Of a DNA stretch of 64,000 nucleotides, positions 61,291-64,000 are shown piece by piece. Source of the stretch: Lama glama (lineage: Eukaryota); the NCBI GenBank assembly GCA_028534125.1, contig CM052816.1, positions 76,572,001-76,636,000 on the forward strand. Direction: 5' to 3'. Position 1 is the stretch's first letter. Each line of letters opens with the position of its first letter. Under the pieces are notes generated by a model, which saw nothing but the letters and a program-made list of their open reading frames with translations, was not told the origin of the DNA and searched no databases. The position numbers and the translations under genes were made by a program.

Positions 61291-63193
61291 TATCGCAAAG
61301 ACTCAGCTCAGCTTGTCTCCAAGACTTTTACAGCCTGTGTGTGGGTACATGTTTGTGCTGGGGTCAGGATGTGGAGAGAGCAGAGTATGTGATTCTCAAA
61401 ATAAGACCTTAAATTTGTAAAATTGAAAGGAAAAACTAATTCAAGAGATTATTATTTACTTAGAGTAACAGTGTGCTATATTTGCTAAAACATTAGCAGA
61501 GAGAATTCATATTGGGTCAGATTTGAAGGGGCTCAGGCTGCCAGTGACAGGGAGGCAAGGAAAGAGGACAGTGCCTTCAGTTCATTTCCTTGCTGCCACG
61601 TGTGGAGTGAAAGCAGCTCTGTGATTTGATGGACTTCCTGTAATCGCGGATCCTGACAGCACCCAGCTTGTCAGCCCCTGAGTCCTTTAAACAGCTTTAT
61701 CAGTAGCGCTTCCAAAGCAGAATAGAAAGGCAAATTGTCCGTGGCTGCCTACAACGGAAACTAGAGCTGAGCAGATCCAGGCCAGGAGCAAACCCGACCC
61801 AGCCCAAGACATACAACGGGCACACACACAGGCATGTAAAAGAAACCCACGCTGGCTTTTTTTAACCATCAAAGTGTAGGAGTCACATGGATAATACCTT
61901 TGCAGACAGCTAGCACTTGGTCATTTTTCACAGCTGATGGATTGTGTTTCCTTTAGCCTTTTGGATTACATTTAAAAAAAAAAAAGAGAGAGAGAGAGAG
62001 CAACCACAGGGTCTTCATTGAAATCACCAGGGACAATGAACTGCATTGAAGTCACCAGAGAATCCATGTTCCCCCTCCTTTATCTTTCTTTGCCCTCTGT
62101 GTAGAAATACGTACATTTGTCAAAACAAGAAAGAATTTGAAACCTTGTGAAAATTTTATAAATTGTTCCTGTGAATCACCCTCGAGTCATCCAGAAGGAG
62201 GCCCCTCCATCCCATTCCAGTAAATGTTATTCCAGTTCATGACTGTGCTTGCTGGCTGCTGTGAGGTCCCCGGGAACGGCTTGGACCTGGCAAGACGGGT
62301 CCTCAGGGTAATGGCCTTCCCTGCCTGCTGGAAGGAATCATTTTTAAGTTCAAGAACAAATATCTTTTGCATTTCAGTTGTTGGTTTTTGTTAACCAACT
62401 GTGTCTGCTGAAGACATCTTGATGTAAATACTAAAATGTCCATTTGAATATGTTTCTGTATCTCAGTAGTTAATTTTTTTCATATATTCATTGACAAGTA
62501 GGTATTGAATACCTACCTTGTTCTCTGCACTACACAAACATTATCTGGAAATGAGCATTCTATAGGAAGTAAAAAACCGATGCACAGCCAATAATTCCTG
62601 ATTTGTGTAAGATTAGATATATGACTAAGTGTCAAAATTAGGTAGATTTTCAATTTCAAAACGATTTTCTCATTTATAAGTATTTTCAACACATAAGGTG
62701 TCACTATGTCAGGAATCACCCAAAGTGGGGCTGTTGAGCCCTGCTGTAAAGTAAAGTTTTGGTTCACATGCCCAGGGCTTCAAGTGATGCTGGATTCTGT
62801 GAAGGGATATTAAGCAATAAGCTTAACATGTGAGTAATTCTGTCCCCACTTTGTTTAACCCACATAAGATAGATTTTCATTTAAATCTGAAATTATAGAG
62901 GTTCCATAAATGCATTTGTTGCTTCTCAATGTATATTCAGATCAATCGTTTTCTCATTTCATATCTATTGGGTGACATTCTCATGGCAGTGGAAGAGAGG
63001 ATGTTTCCAAGAAAAAAGGTTGATACTAAGTGCACTTGAGTGAGACTAATGATAACTTTGATATGATGAAATGCATTTACTTACTCATTTTTTAAGAAAC
63101 AAATTGCAGGGCTGGATTTGCACAGGTTACATTTAAACTGTTCATAGTGTAGACCTTTCCACATCTCTCTGTGACTTAGCCTCTGTATATCTG

Positions 63194-63600
63194 TGTGTTA
63201 TTTCAGGATTGCTTAGAAGTAGATGCCAAGACAAAATTAGATGTGCAAGAGATTCACTGGGGGAGGAAGTGGGAGAAGGCAAGGAGACCCCTGATATGGG
63301 GATAAGGGTCTGCTACCAGGAGGAGGAGATAGGAGGAGGAAGATGGGGTACCAGAGCTGCAGATAGCAATGCAGTTCCAAGAAAGTTTTGGCCAGGCCAG
63401 TGAGAATGCCTTGGGCCTGGTGGAAAGTCCTGCACCTCACAGCAACTGGCCTGTATTCGTCTCCCCCATCCCCACCCACACCCTGTGCTCAGTCATCAGC
63501 AAGGAGCAGCTCTTTGAAGCACAACCACAGCACAGACACAGTGATGGATGCAGAGGGTCGGCAGCTGAGACCCTCAGTGAGGTAAGCTCCCTACAGTTAT
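63194..63600 (-). mobile_element. LTR16-type ERVL LTR
   Basis: agaagtagatgccaagacaaaattagatgtgcaagagattcactggggga...gcagttccaagaaagttttggccaggccagtgaga is the antisense of the element type at 17400. Confidence 0.7.
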
Positions 63601-63654
63601 TGATTTGAGCAATGCATTGTTAACGTCCAGCTCCCTCTGTCAATAAAAACATCA

Positions 63655-63836
63655 TCAGGATGTGAAGCAGTTGGAACACTTGGACACTATTGGTGGGAAC
63701 ATAAAATGGTACAGCCGCTATGGAAAACAGTATGAAGGCTCCTCAAAATTTTTTAAATAGGACTACCATATGATCCAGCAATTCTCCTTCTGTGCATATA
63801 TTCAAAAGAATTGAAAGCAGGATTTCACAGAGATCT
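63655..63836 (+). mobile_element. LINE-1 ORF2-end fragment (L1M)
   Basis: ttggtgggaacataaaatggtacagccgctatggaaaacagtatg...ccatatgatccagcaattc. Confidence 0.9.
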
Positions 63837-64000
63837 CTACTGAGACTTTACAGTGTGTCAGGTACCATGTCTCATATTGCAGACTCTACAGGAAACAAGC
63901 AAAATCTCTACCCTCATAAAGAATATTGTATAGCATATTAATACCCTTGAAAATACTGCCCGATATTTAGGATCTCCTTGGCTGAAACAAGTTGCCCACT

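Noticed and set aside
1..64000. Prokaryotic-type systems (CRISPR, operons, defence islands) or intact retroviral/L1 ORFs
   Set aside because: No regularly spaced repeats and no long ORFs (maximum 196 aa). The sequence is typical repeat-rich mammalian non-coding DNA.

Overview
This is mammalian non-coding genomic DNA (a large intron or intergenic region), almost certainly from a camelid, because it carries six copies of the tRNA-Ala-derived Vic-1 SINE. A large share of the window is interspersed repeat: L1 3' ends, old L2 and L3/CR1 LINEs, MIR SINEs, MLT1 and LTR16/LTR33-type solo LTRs, and hAT MITEs (MER5, MER81, MER119). There is one near-full-length, diverged U2 snRNA pseudogene at 15920-16098. 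I recognise no protein-coding exon; the supplied ORFs are repeat-derived or look like chance open frames. There are no prokaryotic features. I found no convincing previously undescribed biological system. The best second-look items are modest: a symmetric RUNX/ETS-motif element with two mutually exclusive folds right after a strong 3' splice site (37560-37690), an exon-like 196-codon ORF that reads through the U2 pseudogene, an RFX X-box inside a hairpin, and a diverged 126-bp-period duplication. Repeat subfamily names and the edges of old repeats come from my recollection of consensus sequences and are approximate; they need RepeatMasker/Dfam confirmation.
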